Assembly: GCA_038087875.1 (NCBI GenBank) | Contig: JAXLNO010000118.1 | Coordinates: forward strand, 1 to 64,000 | From: Malacoraja senta | Lineage: Eukaryota | DNA: 64,000 bases | Direction of reading: 5' to 3' | Part shown: one piece after another, positions 10,790-21,991 of the stretch | Numbering within the stretch: position 1 is the first letter of the stretch | Layout of the letters: each line of letters opens with the position of its first letter | Made by a program: the position numbers and the translations under genes | The notes under the pieces: generated by a model | The model's database searches: none | What the model saw: only the letters and a program-made list of their open reading frames with translations | What the model was told of the DNA's origin: nothing

Positions 10790-10985
10790 GGGGATGGCGG
10801 GGCAGGACATCCGGCCCTCTGACTGATCGGACGTCCCCATTGGCAGAGAGAGACGTCATTCAACCGGGCGGTGGGGCGGGACTTGCAGATGGCCGGAAGC
10901 GGCAAGTGATTGGTGGAGTGGGACGTCAGTCAGAGGGTGGGAGAAGGAACCCGCCCCCTTGTCTCTCTCTGGTCCGCGTTGCAGA
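10790..10985. promoter_or_regulatory. CpG-rich promoter-like patch (GC box, CCAAT, ETS, CRE-like) framed by an inverted repeat
   Basis: GGGGCGGGG, ATTGG twice, CCGGAAG, GACGTCA twice; CCCTCTGACT..GACGTCCC (10815-10837) vs GGGACGTCAGTCAGAGGG (10920-10937). Confidence 0.35.
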
Positions 10986-10989
10986 CAGG

Positions 10990-11918
10990 AGTGAGAGAGA
11001 GGGAGAAGGAGAGAGAGAGAGAGAGAGGGCGAGATGGAGGAGTGTGGGCTGGGAGAGGGAGGGAAGGAGGAAAGGAGAAATTGAGGGAGAAATGAAGAAT
11101 TGAGTGAAAATTTTGGATTTGAGTGAAAGAGAGGGGGAAGGTGGAAGGGAGGGAAGGAGAGATGGAGGGGAGAGAGAGAGAGAAAGAGAGAAAGAGGTGG
11201 GAGAGAGGAGAGGAGAGGAGAAAGAGAGAGAGGAGAGAGAGAGAGCGAGAAAGGAGAGAGGGAGAGGGAATATAGAGAGGAGAGGCAAAGAGAGGGAAAG
11301 AGAAAGGAGAGAGGAAGCGGGAAAGATAGAGAGTAAGAGAGAGAGAGGGAGAGAGAGAAAGGAGAGGGAGATAGGAGAGGAGGGTGGAGAGGAGAGGAGA
11401 GGAGAGAGAGAGAGAGAGAGAGGGAGAGGGAAACATAGATGGGAGAGAGGGAGACGGAAAGATAGAGGGCAGGGGAGGAGAGGAGAGGGGAGATAGATAG
11501 AGGGAAGGAGAGGAGAGAGAAATAGGGGAGGGAGATAGAGGGAGAGGGAAAGAGAGAGAGGGAGAGAGATGGAGGGGTGTGGGCTGCAGGAGGGAGGAGG
11601 GAAAGAGAAATTGAGTGAAAAATGAGGATTTGAGTGAAAGAGGGGGAAGGTGGGAGGGAAGGAGAGATGGAGGGGGATAGAGAGAGAGAGAGCGAGAAAG
11701 GAGAGGGACAGAGGAGATGGGAGAGAGGGAGAGAGACAGAGAAAGGAGACAGGGAGAGGGCAAGATAGAGGAGAGGAGAGAGAGAGAGGGGGGAGAGAGA
11801 ATGGAGAGAGGGAGAGGGAAAGATAGAGGACAGGAGAGGGAGAGAGAGAGGGGGTAGAGACAGAAAGGAGGGAGAGGGAAAGATAGAGGAGATGGGAGGG
11901 GAGGGGAGAGAGAGGGAT
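10990..11918. repeat. Polypurine (GA-rich) low-complexity tract with an internal ~510-bp duplication
   Basis: AATTGAGTGAAAA...GGATTTGAGTGAAAGAG block at ~11098 and ~11609. Confidence 0.92.
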
Positions 11919-12055
11919 GAATTTTAAAGGAATTGTAGTCTTCACTTTAGGAGCAGATTTGCAAGTTTGACACCAGCATCTGAAGAATTCAATCGTTAGT
12001 TAAGTTCATAATGGTGGCGTTCGTGTGCGCATGGAGGGCGTGCGTGTTTGCGGGC

Positions 12056-12351
12056 ACACAATACTCCAGGTGTGGTCTCACCAGGGCCCTGTACAACTGC
12101 AGAAGGACCTCTTTGCTCCTATACTCAACTCCTCTTGTTATGGAGGCCAACAGGGCCAAAACTGTACACAATACTCCAGGTGTGGTCTCACCAGGGCCCT
12201 GTACAACTGCAGAAGGACCTCTTTGCTCCTATACTCAACTCCTCTTGTTATGGAGGCCAACATGGCCAAAACTGTACACAATACTCCAGGTGTGGTCTCA
12301 CTAGGGCCCTGTACAACTGCAGAAGGACCTCTTTGCTCCTGTACTCAACTC
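12056..12351 (-). repeat. 110-bp tandem triplication of a CR1 ORF2 segment
   Basis: ACACAATACTCCAGGTGTGGTCTCAC... at 12056, 12166 and 12276; the minus strand encodes [32 protein letters not shown]. Confidence 0.93.
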
Positions 12352-12440
12352 TTTCTCGGTTTTCTTTCCTTTCCAAATAAAGTGAAAACATCTTTTACAC
12401 TTTGTGGACAAGGCAATGTTTGAATTATGTTCTTCAACCA

Positions 12441-12780
12441 GTTTAGTCTAGTTTAGTTTGGAGATACAGCGCGGAAACAGGCCCTTCGGCCCACCGAGTC
12501 CGTGCTAGCCGACCAGCGATCCCCACACACTAACAATATCCTACACACACACACACACACACACTGGGGGACAGTTTACAATCTTTACCAGAAGCCAATT
12601 AACCTACAAACACGCACGTCTTTGGAGTGTGGTGGGAATCCGGAGCGCCCGGAAAAATCCCACGCTGGTCACGGGTAGAGAACGTGTAAACTCCACACAG
12701 ACAGCACCCGTGGTTGGGATGGAACCGGGGTCTCTGGCGCCGTGAGGCGGCAACTCTACCGCTGGGCCATCGTGCCGCCC
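12441..12780 (-). mobile_element. tRNA-derived SINE (HE1/V-SINE type), near full length
   Basis: Minus strand: A box TGGCCCAGCGG, B box GGTTCCATCCC, V-domain CTGTGTGGAGTTT.CACGTTCT, CR1-derived 3' end GGGCCGAAGGGCCTGTTTCCGCGCTGTAT and (CTAAA)n tail. Confidence 0.9.
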
Positions 12781-13391
12781 AGAGAGGGAGGGAGAGGTGA
12801 ATACTTCTCTCTCTATCTCTCCCTCTCCCTCTCTCCCCTCTCCCCTCTACCCCTCGTCTTATCTCCCGGAACCAAACCTGCGACGTTTCGCCCTCCACCC
12901 GGACGCCTGAGACGCGCCGTCCCACTTTGCCAGCGCCGGTGCGCCGTTCTAAAGCGTCCCCCCTTCCCCAGGAAGCGACTTTGTGGAGGAGGGGTTCGCC
13001 ACTCAACCGGAAATGGTGCGGGAATCCAGCTGTGAAGAGCAGGTGAGGATGAAAGCGCTGCCATGCAGCGGGGGGGGGGGCAGCAATCCAGCCAATGATG
13101 CATGCATTCCCTTTAATGCAGCAGGGGGAGCATGCACAGGCGCTTGTAGGCCGATCCCAGCATTTTATAATTCACCCTATAGTCACCCTTAATACAGCCC
13201 TTCAGGCCGATTTCTGTCTCATTTCCAAACCATTTGCCCCAAACCCCTTCCAAACTCACCAAGCCGACCTTGCAGGACAATGGCGTGGATGTGGGAAGTC
13301 CGGAGCGGCCAAAACAGGCCCTTCGGTCCATTCCCCCCTGCCAGCCCGCAGTTGGCATTGTCTGAATCGGATCCAAATCCCCTCTAGCAAA

Positions 13392-13424
13392 CAGAGAGAG
13401 ACAGAGAGAGAGACAGAGAGAGAC

Positions 13425-13471
<47 letters not shown>

Positions 13472-13474
13472 GAC

Positions 13475-13515
<41 letters not shown>

Positions 13516-13760
13516 GACAGAGAGAGACAGAGAGAGAGAGAGAGAGACACAGATAGAGAGAGAGAGAGAGACAGAGAGACAGAGAGAGAGAGAGACAGAG
13601 AGAGAGAGAGAGACACACAGATAGAGAGAGAGAGAGAGACAGAGAGAGACAGAGAGACAGAGAGACAGAGAGAGAGAGAGAGACACAGAGAGAGACACAA
13701 AGGGACAGGGACAGAGAGACAGACAGAGAGAGAGAGAGAGACAGAGAGAGACAGAGAGAC

Positions 13761-13801
<41 letters not shown>

Positions 13802-13812
13802 CAGAGAGAGAC

Positions 13813-13871
<59 letters not shown>

Positions 13872-13882
13872 GACAGAGAGAC

Positions 13883-13933
<51 letters not shown>

Positions 13934-13997
13934 CAGAGAGAGAGAGACAGAGAGAGAAAGAGAGAGAGACAGAGAGACAGGGACAGAGAGACAGACA

Positions 13998-14031
<34 letters not shown>

Positions 14032-14093
14032 CATACAGAGAGAAAGACACAGAGAGAGAGAGACAGAGCGACAGAGAGAGAGACAGAGAGACA
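13392..14093. repeat. ~700-bp compound (GA)n/(GACA) microsatellite
   Basis: Read directly from the sequence. Confidence 0.98.
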
Positions 14094-14184
14094 CAGTGAC
14101 ACAGCGTGGAAACAGGCCCTTCGGCCCAACGTGCCACACTGACCTACATGCCCATTCTACACTAGTCCCACCTGCTGCCCACGT
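14094..14184 (-). mobile_element. CR1/HER1-type LINE 3'-end fragment running into the microsatellite
   Basis: Minus strand GGTGGGACTAGTGTAGAATGGGCATG..GGTC....GTTGGGCCGAAGGGCCTGTTTCCACGCTGTG. Confidence 0.8.
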
Positions 14185-16712
14185 TTGGCTATGAGGGCTG
14201 ATTCCATGGCTAAGAAGCTGCTAAGTAACAAGGCTACAGATTTTTGGAAAGAAGTGAGAGCTCTTAACAGTTGCAAAACATCTCTACCATGCACTGTAGA
14301 TGGAATCTCTGGAACAGCTAATATCGCGGAGTTATGGCAACAACATTATAGTACTTTATTCAACTGTGTCCAAGGTGACTTGTATAGGGTGGACAATATT
14401 GAGAGTAGTGACTCAATGGTGATTATGTCACATAATAATAATGATAATAATAAATACTTTATTAATCCCATTTTCAATGGGAAATTCAGATGTCCTTGCA
14501 GCACACTAATAAAAGTACAACATAGCATTAAAGAAGAAGTTTAACATTAAAACATAAAAACATCCCCCCCACAATGGTTCCCACTGTGAGGGAAGGCACA
14601 AAGTCCAGTCCCCATCCTCTTGTCCACCCATAGTCGGGCCTATTGAGGTCTCCACATTCGCCGCTACGGAGGCCCGATGTTTCAGGCCCTCTCGCCGGGT
14701 GATGGTGCTCCGGCGTCGGGAGATTCCTGTCATCGGCTTGGGATGCCTGGAACGGCCTCCTCCTTACTGGAGACCACAGCTTCCAAAGCCAACAGGCCGC
14801 TATGGACGGAGCTCCACCACTGGTGATCTCGGCGAGAGATCCCAGGCTCCCGATGTTCAAAGTCAGCGCCGCTGCCCACGGCTGTCCACTCCACAGACCT
14901 GCAGCACCACGATGTTCAATCGGCAGATCCCAGCATACCGTAGTTCCAGCACGGCGACCCAGGCAAGGCATCGCCCACTCCGCGATAGCGCTCCAGCGCT
15001 GTGCCGCCGCCGAAGCCGAGGTTCTGACCAGGTCCCCTCAGGAAACGGCGCTCCAGGCCCCGCTGGTAGGCCTCGAGGGCTGGTCGAAGGTGCTACTCGG
15101 AGGAAGGCAGCCTCCCCGACCAGGTAGGGACTAGAAAATGCAGTTTCCCCACCCCACCCCACACATAAAATAATTAGACCCCCAAACAACACTTTTACGT
15201 ACTAAAAATAATAAAAAGAAGTGAAAGAAACGGACAGCGGCAGGACTGGCAGCCGTATAGGACAGCGCCCCCTCTCAGAGGTGTATAATGCCATGAACAA
15301 GGTGTCCAACAACCAAGCAAGAGGCTTGGATCATATTTCTGCTGAACATCTTAAGTATGTGAGTATGAGGATAGCTCCTCTCCTTGCTATTTGTTTTACT
15401 GGCTTTATGATTCATGGCTTGTTACCAGACTCAATGTTGTCTGTTCTGTTAGTGCCGGTCATTAAGGACAAAGCTGGTAAAGTAGGCAGCCTAAATAATT
15501 ACAGGCCCATAGCTTTAGCCAGCATATTGTCAAACGTTTTAGAAAGAGTTCTGCTGGATAGAATAAATGAGTTTGTTAACTCCACAGATAATCAGTTTGG
15601 TTTAAAAGCTAAACATGGCACTGACTTATGCATATATGCCCTAAAGGAGATTGTAAACAAATATAGAGGCAAAACCTCTTCAATCCTTATGTGCTTTATT
15701 GATGCTTCCAAAGCCTTTGATCATGTTAATCGCACAAATCTGATTGTTAAAATGAGTCAAAGATGGGTGCCTAAATACACTGTGAGAAATCTGGCCTACT
15801 GGTATGCCCACCAGACTATGCAAATAAAATGGGGCAATAGGGTCTCAGCCCCATTTGGGGTTAGCAATGGTGTTAGACAAGGGGGGATTTTGTCCCCAGT
15901 CCTTTTTAATCTTTATTATGACGATCTGTCCAAACAATTGAAAGCCTGTAATACTGGGTGCATGATGGGTAATATTTTAGTGAACCATATTATGTATGCA
16001 GATGATCTTGTGGTCTTTAGTCCATCTAGCGCTGGTCTACAGCAGCTCCTCACTATATGTTCTGTGTATGGTATGGAACATGATATTAAATATAATGCTG
16101 GTAAGAGTGCTGTTATGATCTGTAGAACCAAAGAGGATAAATGTCTAAAATGTCCTGATTTTAAATTGTCTGACAATAAACTTAGTGTCTGTAATAAGGT
16201 AAAATATCTAGGGCATTTTATTACAGAACAAATGACAGATGATGAGGATATTTATAGGCAACAACGCATGCTGTATATACAGGATGATATTCTCTTGAGT
16301 AAGTTTGGTGCGTGTGCAGATGTGGTTAAGATGTCGCTATTTAGAGCATACTGCACACCACTCTATACTGCGCACCTGTGGTCGAACTATGGAAAGACAA
16401 GTTTGCAGAGACTAAAGGTGTCATATAATGATGCCATGAGAACACTACTAAGGAAACCTAGATGGTGTAATGCTGGTAACATCGCTGTCTCGTTGTAGGA
16501 CATTGATCATTCTTTTATTCTGGATTTTAATTCATGCATTGTGTTTTTTTTTCTTAATATATAATTTATGATGCTTTTATAAGTGATATACTAAGATTTT
16601 ATATGTACTTTATGATATTTTTAAATTTGTAATGCATTTTTATGTAATGTTGCCCCTTGTCTGGACCTTGAGTCTGAAATAAAGTTTATTATTATTATTA
16701 TATTTATTTTAT
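14185..16712 (+). mobile_element. 5'-truncated RTE-X-like LINE (RT domain, 3' UTR, (ATT)n tail), interrupted at 14434-15277
   Basis: DFWKEVR, GLDHISAEHLKY, NYRPIALAS, QFG.K..HGT, FIDASKAFD, GVRQGGILSP.LFN.Y, YADDL, VKYLGH; AATAAA followed by (ATT)n at ~16680-16710; clade assignment is tentative. Confidence 0.85.
14434..15277 (-). mobile_element. ~845-bp non-coding non-autonomous retroposon inserted in the RTE-X-like ORF
   Basis: Minus-strand 3' end GGGATTAATAAAGTATT(TAT)n; GC-rich body; 5' end GAGAGGGGGCGCTGTCC; removing it joins ...MSH to EVYNA... in frame. Confidence 0.8.
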
Positions 16713-17198
16713 TGTGTGTAATTAATTATTATGTAGTTTAGTGTCATTCTGTGCAACATGGGCCAATGGATTGACTGATCACCTTCTCAGATTTCCCTGA
16801 AAATCAGTGCCTGTATATCAGATCACACAAGTAACACAACAGAAAACAAGGTCTCAACTCCAAATTCCAATGGGCCTTTGGCAATGTTTCGAGCTATATA
16901 AATGGTTCATAACTTCGAAGGAACTTTGAGTTGAAAGTTGATTTTTCTGCTGTGGTCTTTGTACCAGAGATGTGCAAAACATGATTTTCAATCAAATCTT
17001 ACATGGCGACCAGCCAACCTTCTTACTTGCTGTTATTTGGTACAGAATCAAATCATCCAATACCCAGCAATTGATATACGTCTCCGATAAACCATCAATG
17101 TTTACTGAAATTTTGGTCCTTGGAAATGGGATTTTTGGACCTTGAAAGCCCTTGAATTTATAGCTGTTCCAAGTGTATGAACCCTGGTATGAGAAATA
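16712..17198 (+). repeat. ~490-bp dispersed direct repeat, copy 2
   Basis: Matches 3695-4183. Confidence 0.92.
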
Positions 17199-17199
17199 A

Positions 17200-17560
17200 G
17201 TCAGAATCAGAACCACACTTTATTTGCCAAGTATGTTTTGCAACATACGAGGAATTTTATTGGCCAGGTCAGTCATACAATTAAAAGCAACAGATCACCC
17301 AAAAACACATTTTAACATGAACATTCACCGCAGTGACTCCTACACATTCCTCACTGTGATGGAAGGCGAAATAAAGTTCAAGTCCTTCCCTTTGTTCTTC
17401 CTCGGTCGTGGGCCTCGAGCCTCAGTTGACGGAACAATCTTGACACCCGTAGCCAGCGGCGTTCAGGCCCTCCGTGCCGAGGCGATCAAGCTCCCGCATC
17501 GGAGGGATGTCAGCTCCCTCGCGCCGGGCGATCGAACCTCGCGTCGGGGCTGGTCGAACC
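17200..17560 (-). mobile_element. 3' part of a non-coding retroposon related to 14434-15277
   Basis: Minus-strand AATAAAG plus (GATTCT)-like tail; shares TTCC(T)CACTGTGA.GGAAGGC..AAAGT.CA.GTCC and TTCAGGCCCTC blocks with the other copy. Confidence 0.6.
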
Positions 17561-18180
17561 TTCCAGCCAGTAGCATGTCTAAGGCCATGCGATTTTGCCA
17601 GGCCATTAGGCTGGTATCTGTCAGTTGTTCCGCCAATCCTTCAACCGCATCTCGAGTGTATTTTATAAAGCGTTGTTGATTGTAGTATAGGTAGTTGATC
17701 CAGTCCACATTTTTATTAATTGTGGACCACCAGAAGAGTATGGACTCAAAGCCCGCAGCTATCTGGTTTCTGGCTTTGAATTCATCAGGTACCTCTCTTG
17801 GCACCCCTATCGCATCTATATATATGTGTGTGTCGAATGATCCTTTCACCCCTCTCTCTTGTCGTTGGCTTCCTTCATTGAGTTCTCCAATGTTATACGT
17901 CTGATTGCAGTTGAGCACCATCCCCATGTCCTGTCCCTTTGGGTTATTTCTTGTATAGCACTCAAACCCCTCCTCCCCAAGAGGACTGGTAGTGCCAATC
18001 TTTACAGGGATGGGTGCATACATACATTCTATAGCCGCAGCACCATTTTCCTTTACATACATCAAATGGGATGGTGGTGGACCTTCTATTCTATGGTATT
18101 GTGATTTTTATGCATGTTATATTACTCACGAGTTGGGTAACCACCCAACACACGACCCACCAACACGAAATCTTCATTTT
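17561..18180 (-). pseudogene. env: Retroviral env remnant (signal peptide, deleted SU, TM up to the immunosuppressive domain)
   Basis: MKISCWWVVCWVVTQLV leader; YIDAIGVPREVPDEFKARNQIAAGFESILFWWSTINKNVDWINYLYYNQQRF...WQNRMALDMLLA. Confidence 0.9.
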
Positions 18181-18199
18181 CCCCCGTGGGTTCTTGGTA

Positions 18200-18578
18200 A
18201 ATATTAACGTCAATGGTTCCTCTCCTTTGCGCACAGTCCACGGGCTGATATTGTCTGGTGGGGCCTCCACAGGACCCTTAACTCGACTTGCGTATGTCCA
18301 CCCGTTTTCTTTTGTCCGCACTGCTGTTTCCGTGGTCATTAGTACCAAATATGGACCAGTCCAACGGGGTTGCATCTTTTCTTCCTTCCATGATGTTACA
18401 AGATCCCAGTCCCCCGCTTTCACAGAATGGATTGGAAAGTCAAGATGGGGACTCTGGGCCAGCAGCCCCTTGGTTTTTAATTTTGTAATAGAACGAGATA
18501 CTGCCAGTAAATAGTTCCTTAGGAATACATCATTCCCTTGTATTTGTTGGGACCCTATCTATCTTTCCTAAATAATAA
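18200..18578 (-). pseudogene. pol: Retroviral integrase C-terminal (GPY/F) region, copy B
   Basis: NDVFLRNYLLAVSRS..GLLAQSPHLDFPIHSVKAGDWDLV.SWKEEKMQPRWTGPYLVLMTTETAVRTKENGWTYASRVKGPV. Confidence 0.85.
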
Positions 18579-18579
18579 A

Positions 18580-19514
18580 GACCTAACTTGTTCAACCTTT
18601 CTCTGTGTCTTAGTTGCTGAAACCCAGGCAACATTCTAATTGATCTCGCTGTACTCTCTATTTTGTTGACCTTTTTCCTATAATTATGCCTACCAAAATT
18701 ATACACCATACTCCACAATTGACCTCACCAATACCTTGTACAATTTAACATTACAACCCAACTTCTATACACAATGCTCTGATTTATAAAGGCCAACACA
18801 CCAAAATCTTTCTTTACCATCCTATCTTCATGAGATTCCACCTTTAGGGAACTATGCACAGTTATTCCTAGATCCCTCTGTTCAACTTCATTCCTCAATT
18901 CACAATCATTTACCATGTAGGTTCAATTTTGATTTGTCCTGCCAAGATGTATCATCTCACACTTATCAACATTAAACCCATCTGTCATGTTTCAACCCAC
19001 TCTTCCAAATGATCTAAACCTCTCTGTACAAATCTACTTCATTATTCACAACACCCCCTATCTTAGTATCATCTACATACTTATTAATCTATTTTACCAC
19101 ACCAACATCCAGATTATTGATTCACATGACAAACAACAGTGGACCCAACACACATCCCCGAGGTACCCCTCTAGTCACTGACCTCCAACCTGACAAACAT
19201 CCATCCACCATTGCTCTCTGACATCTCCCATACAGCCACTTTTTAATCCATCTTGCTATTCCTTACTAACCCTTCTTAACCAACCTTATTTCCTTATTGA
19301 ACCTTGTCAAAGGCCTTACTGAAGTTCATCTAGACAACATCCACCACTTTACCCTCATCAATTTCCCGAATAACTTTTTCAAAAAATTCAAGATTAGTCA
19401 AACATCACAATCACAAACCCATGCTAATTCTTCCTAATCCTACCCTATTTATCCAAATTCTTATATATTGTCTTAAGTATCCTTTCCATTATTTTGCCCA
19501 CCACTGATGTCAAA
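18580..19514 (-). mobile_element. Decayed CR1 LINE RT fragment inside the ERV
   Basis: LTSVVGKIMERIL, DFSKAFDKV-like, GVP.G..LGP-like, EQRDLGITVHSSLKV, VLAFINQSIVYRSW; many deletions. Confidence 0.85.
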
Positions 19515-19589
19515 CAACGTTCTTGGTAAAACTCTACTCTTTTCTCACATCTTTGTCCTCCTGTTCACTCACCTCAGGGCTATTATCTA

Positions 19590-20170
19590 TTCATACCTGC
19601 GGGACGGCCCTCATGTAATTATTGAAATGGTACCAGGTATATCAACCTTCTACCTGAACATCGGTCGGTAGTTTAGAAAACTCATACATACACCTTGTCT
19701 TCAGGTTTAAAGGGTCCTTCCTCCTGGTCCACCTCCAACAGCTTTTACTTTACCTGTTCATAAATAGACTTGTATATCATAATTAACTGTTTCATATACT
19801 TTTTTAATTCTATATTTAACTGTTCCAAACTCGGTCTCTTGTAGGGACCTCTCCATTGTGCCACCTGCTCGGTTAGTTTGCATGCAACATCTCTTCAGTG
19901 CCAATGGCAGGGCATCGATCCAATTCAACTTTGTAATTAAACAAATCTTATTTATATTAACCTTCAATGTTCCATTTATTCTTTCCACCATGCCTGTGAC
20001 TGCAGGTGTTACATACCCAAATGTGTATTTTACTCTAAGGGTCTCTATCGCCAACTTGGCTACTCCCTAAATGAAAACAATCCGTTGTCAAAGCTGATTT
20101 CTGTAGGTCTACCAAACCTCTTAATTACCTTATTCATCATAAACGACACTACAGGGCTTATACCTAATCT
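19590..20170 (-). pseudogene. pol: Retroviral integrase core and C-terminal remnant, copy A
   Basis: GMVERINGTLK..INKIC..TKLNWIDALPLAL; another frame gives WRGPYKRPSLEQLNIELKKYMKQL...PFKPEDKVY...PTDVQVEG*YTWYHFN. Confidence 0.8.
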
Positions 20171-20329
20171 AGTCTGAACTATATCCTGCCTTTTCCCAAG
20201 GTTATCATCCTGTGTCCTACATTCTGAAGTATTTATTGATTTATTATTATTATTATTTCTCTCTCTCTCTTACATCGCTTTTCACTTATGGAACAATACC
20301 AACAAATCCTCCTTTAAATCCTTTTCTCT

Positions 20330-21450
20330 CTTGGGGACCCCAGTCCTGTTAGGGCTTATATCCAGATTAATTTCACTCCTGATAGGACTTTTTGAGGAAA
20401 CGTTCCCCAAAGACATTCATTATTGGCATGTAATTCTCTGGCCCTGCTTGGTTCCGTCATAGGACTCACTTGTCTTTTCAACCAGGTCCATTGTTTATTG
20501 ACAACAGCTCCTCCTGCTGGTTTGCAAGTCTTTTTCCTATCTTTGCGATATTTGTCGACCGCAGAGACCAACTGTTCGCTGAATCGGGGGTGGGAAACTA
20601 ATGACAATCTCACCACCTTCTCCAATCTGCTTGACTTTAAGAAGAATGACATCCACCACAGTAGTTCATAATATAATGTTCATCAATCAACTCTCCACCT
20701 TTTCAGCTGGTTTTCCAGATAGCCTGCTGGATTACATTGTCTGAAGGCCTGCCATACCCTCTGCCTGACTGTGTCAAACAGTATGCCATTGCTTATTACA
20801 TTGTTCGCATCAGTTTATACCATCCATCTTCAGTAGTTCTGTCACTTTTACCAACAGTGCCTTCAAATCTTCCATGGTCAATAATCGTCCCACGTTCTCC
20901 TCCTCCAAAGCCCTAATCCATTTCCTCCCCCATCAGGGATATAGGGCGAGGTGTTTTTTTAGCCCTCTCAGTTTATGGGTGCCCTAAGGGATAATCTGTG
21001 TCTGTCCTTCTCTTTTCTCTTTAAAGCAGTCTCATCACTTTATCCCAATGCTTCCAAATTTAATCCTTTCTGGTATGCCTTCTTTCTTATTCTAAACTCA
21101 ATTTCTTGCTTCTCAAATATTCTAGCCTCCTTGCAAATTCATTCACCTTTCTTTTTTAAATCTTCCACTGACTCCTCCTGATTTATTACTTTCACGCCTG
21201 TCGTTTTTCTACTTCTGTTATCTTCTAACTGCCTCTCTCTCCTTCCTTTCTAAACTTGAATGTTTACCAATGAACTTATTTCCAATTATTTCAATCCATA
21301 TTCACCACTATTTTAAATGTCCAATTCCCAGCACTAGTAACAATTTCCCAAATTAACTTTACTGACTAGAAATCTAAAAGAACATCAGAAAAACCAAAAG
21401 CTGATTTTACAACTTCCCCTTCTAGGTTACGAGGATACAAACAGTTAATC
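20330..21450 (-). pseudogene. gag: Decayed retroviral gag
   Basis: KWIRALEEENVGRLLT..DLKALLVKV and LEKVV.L....FSEQLVSAVDKYRK resemble fish ERV gag; lies downstream of the PBS; boundaries are approximate. Confidence 0.55.
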
Positions 21451-21991
21451 GTTATCTTACAGCTGTTCATCGCCTTTCACCATGACCTAATTTATTTAAA
21501 GGAACATACACCTACCTACAGTGGACATTTTTGATTCTAATAAAACTTACTCACTTACTTACTTACTCTTACAATGTGGTCTACAAATACAATATAATTA
21601 TCACATATATAAAATCCCTGGGTATTTCCTTGCCCCCAGAGGCTCAGCATTCGCCCCAACGGACTATCAGGCAGAATGCGGCTTTACCGCCCTTCCCCTC
21701 CCTTTTGGGCTTTCCGTTTTCATTGCCCATCCTCCCGATCGGAATTTCCCCCGATCTATTTAATCGCCCGAGTAGTACTTAATAGTCGTTTTCTTACCCG
21801 GGTCCTGTGCACAAGAATCACTCGATTTGGCTCCTCGCGATTTCCAACTACTCCCACTTGTTTCTCTAATCTCTGGTCTGGGATATCACTCGCTCAAACC
21901 GCTGACGGCAAGCAAGGGGTCCAGGGCCGCTGAATCAGCGGGGTGCACCATCCCTTCTCCCTTATACCACCGCCAGCTGGCAGGAGTGGCG

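Noticed and set aside
12705..12780. Possible tRNA gene
   Set aside because: The A/B boxes belong to the SINE head and continue into the V-domain and LINE-derived tail; no full cloverleaf
12860..13150. CpG-rich stretch as a host gene promoter or first exon
   Set aside because: No linked exon or recognisable product; evidence is limited to composition
10926..14139. Long Ser/Leu- and Glu/Arg-rich ORFs
   Set aside because: Translations of GA microsatellites
3695..17198. The 490-bp direct repeats as LTRs of one 13-kb element
   Set aside because: No TG...CA termini, PBS or polypurine tract, and the interior is unrelated LINE and DNA-transposon material
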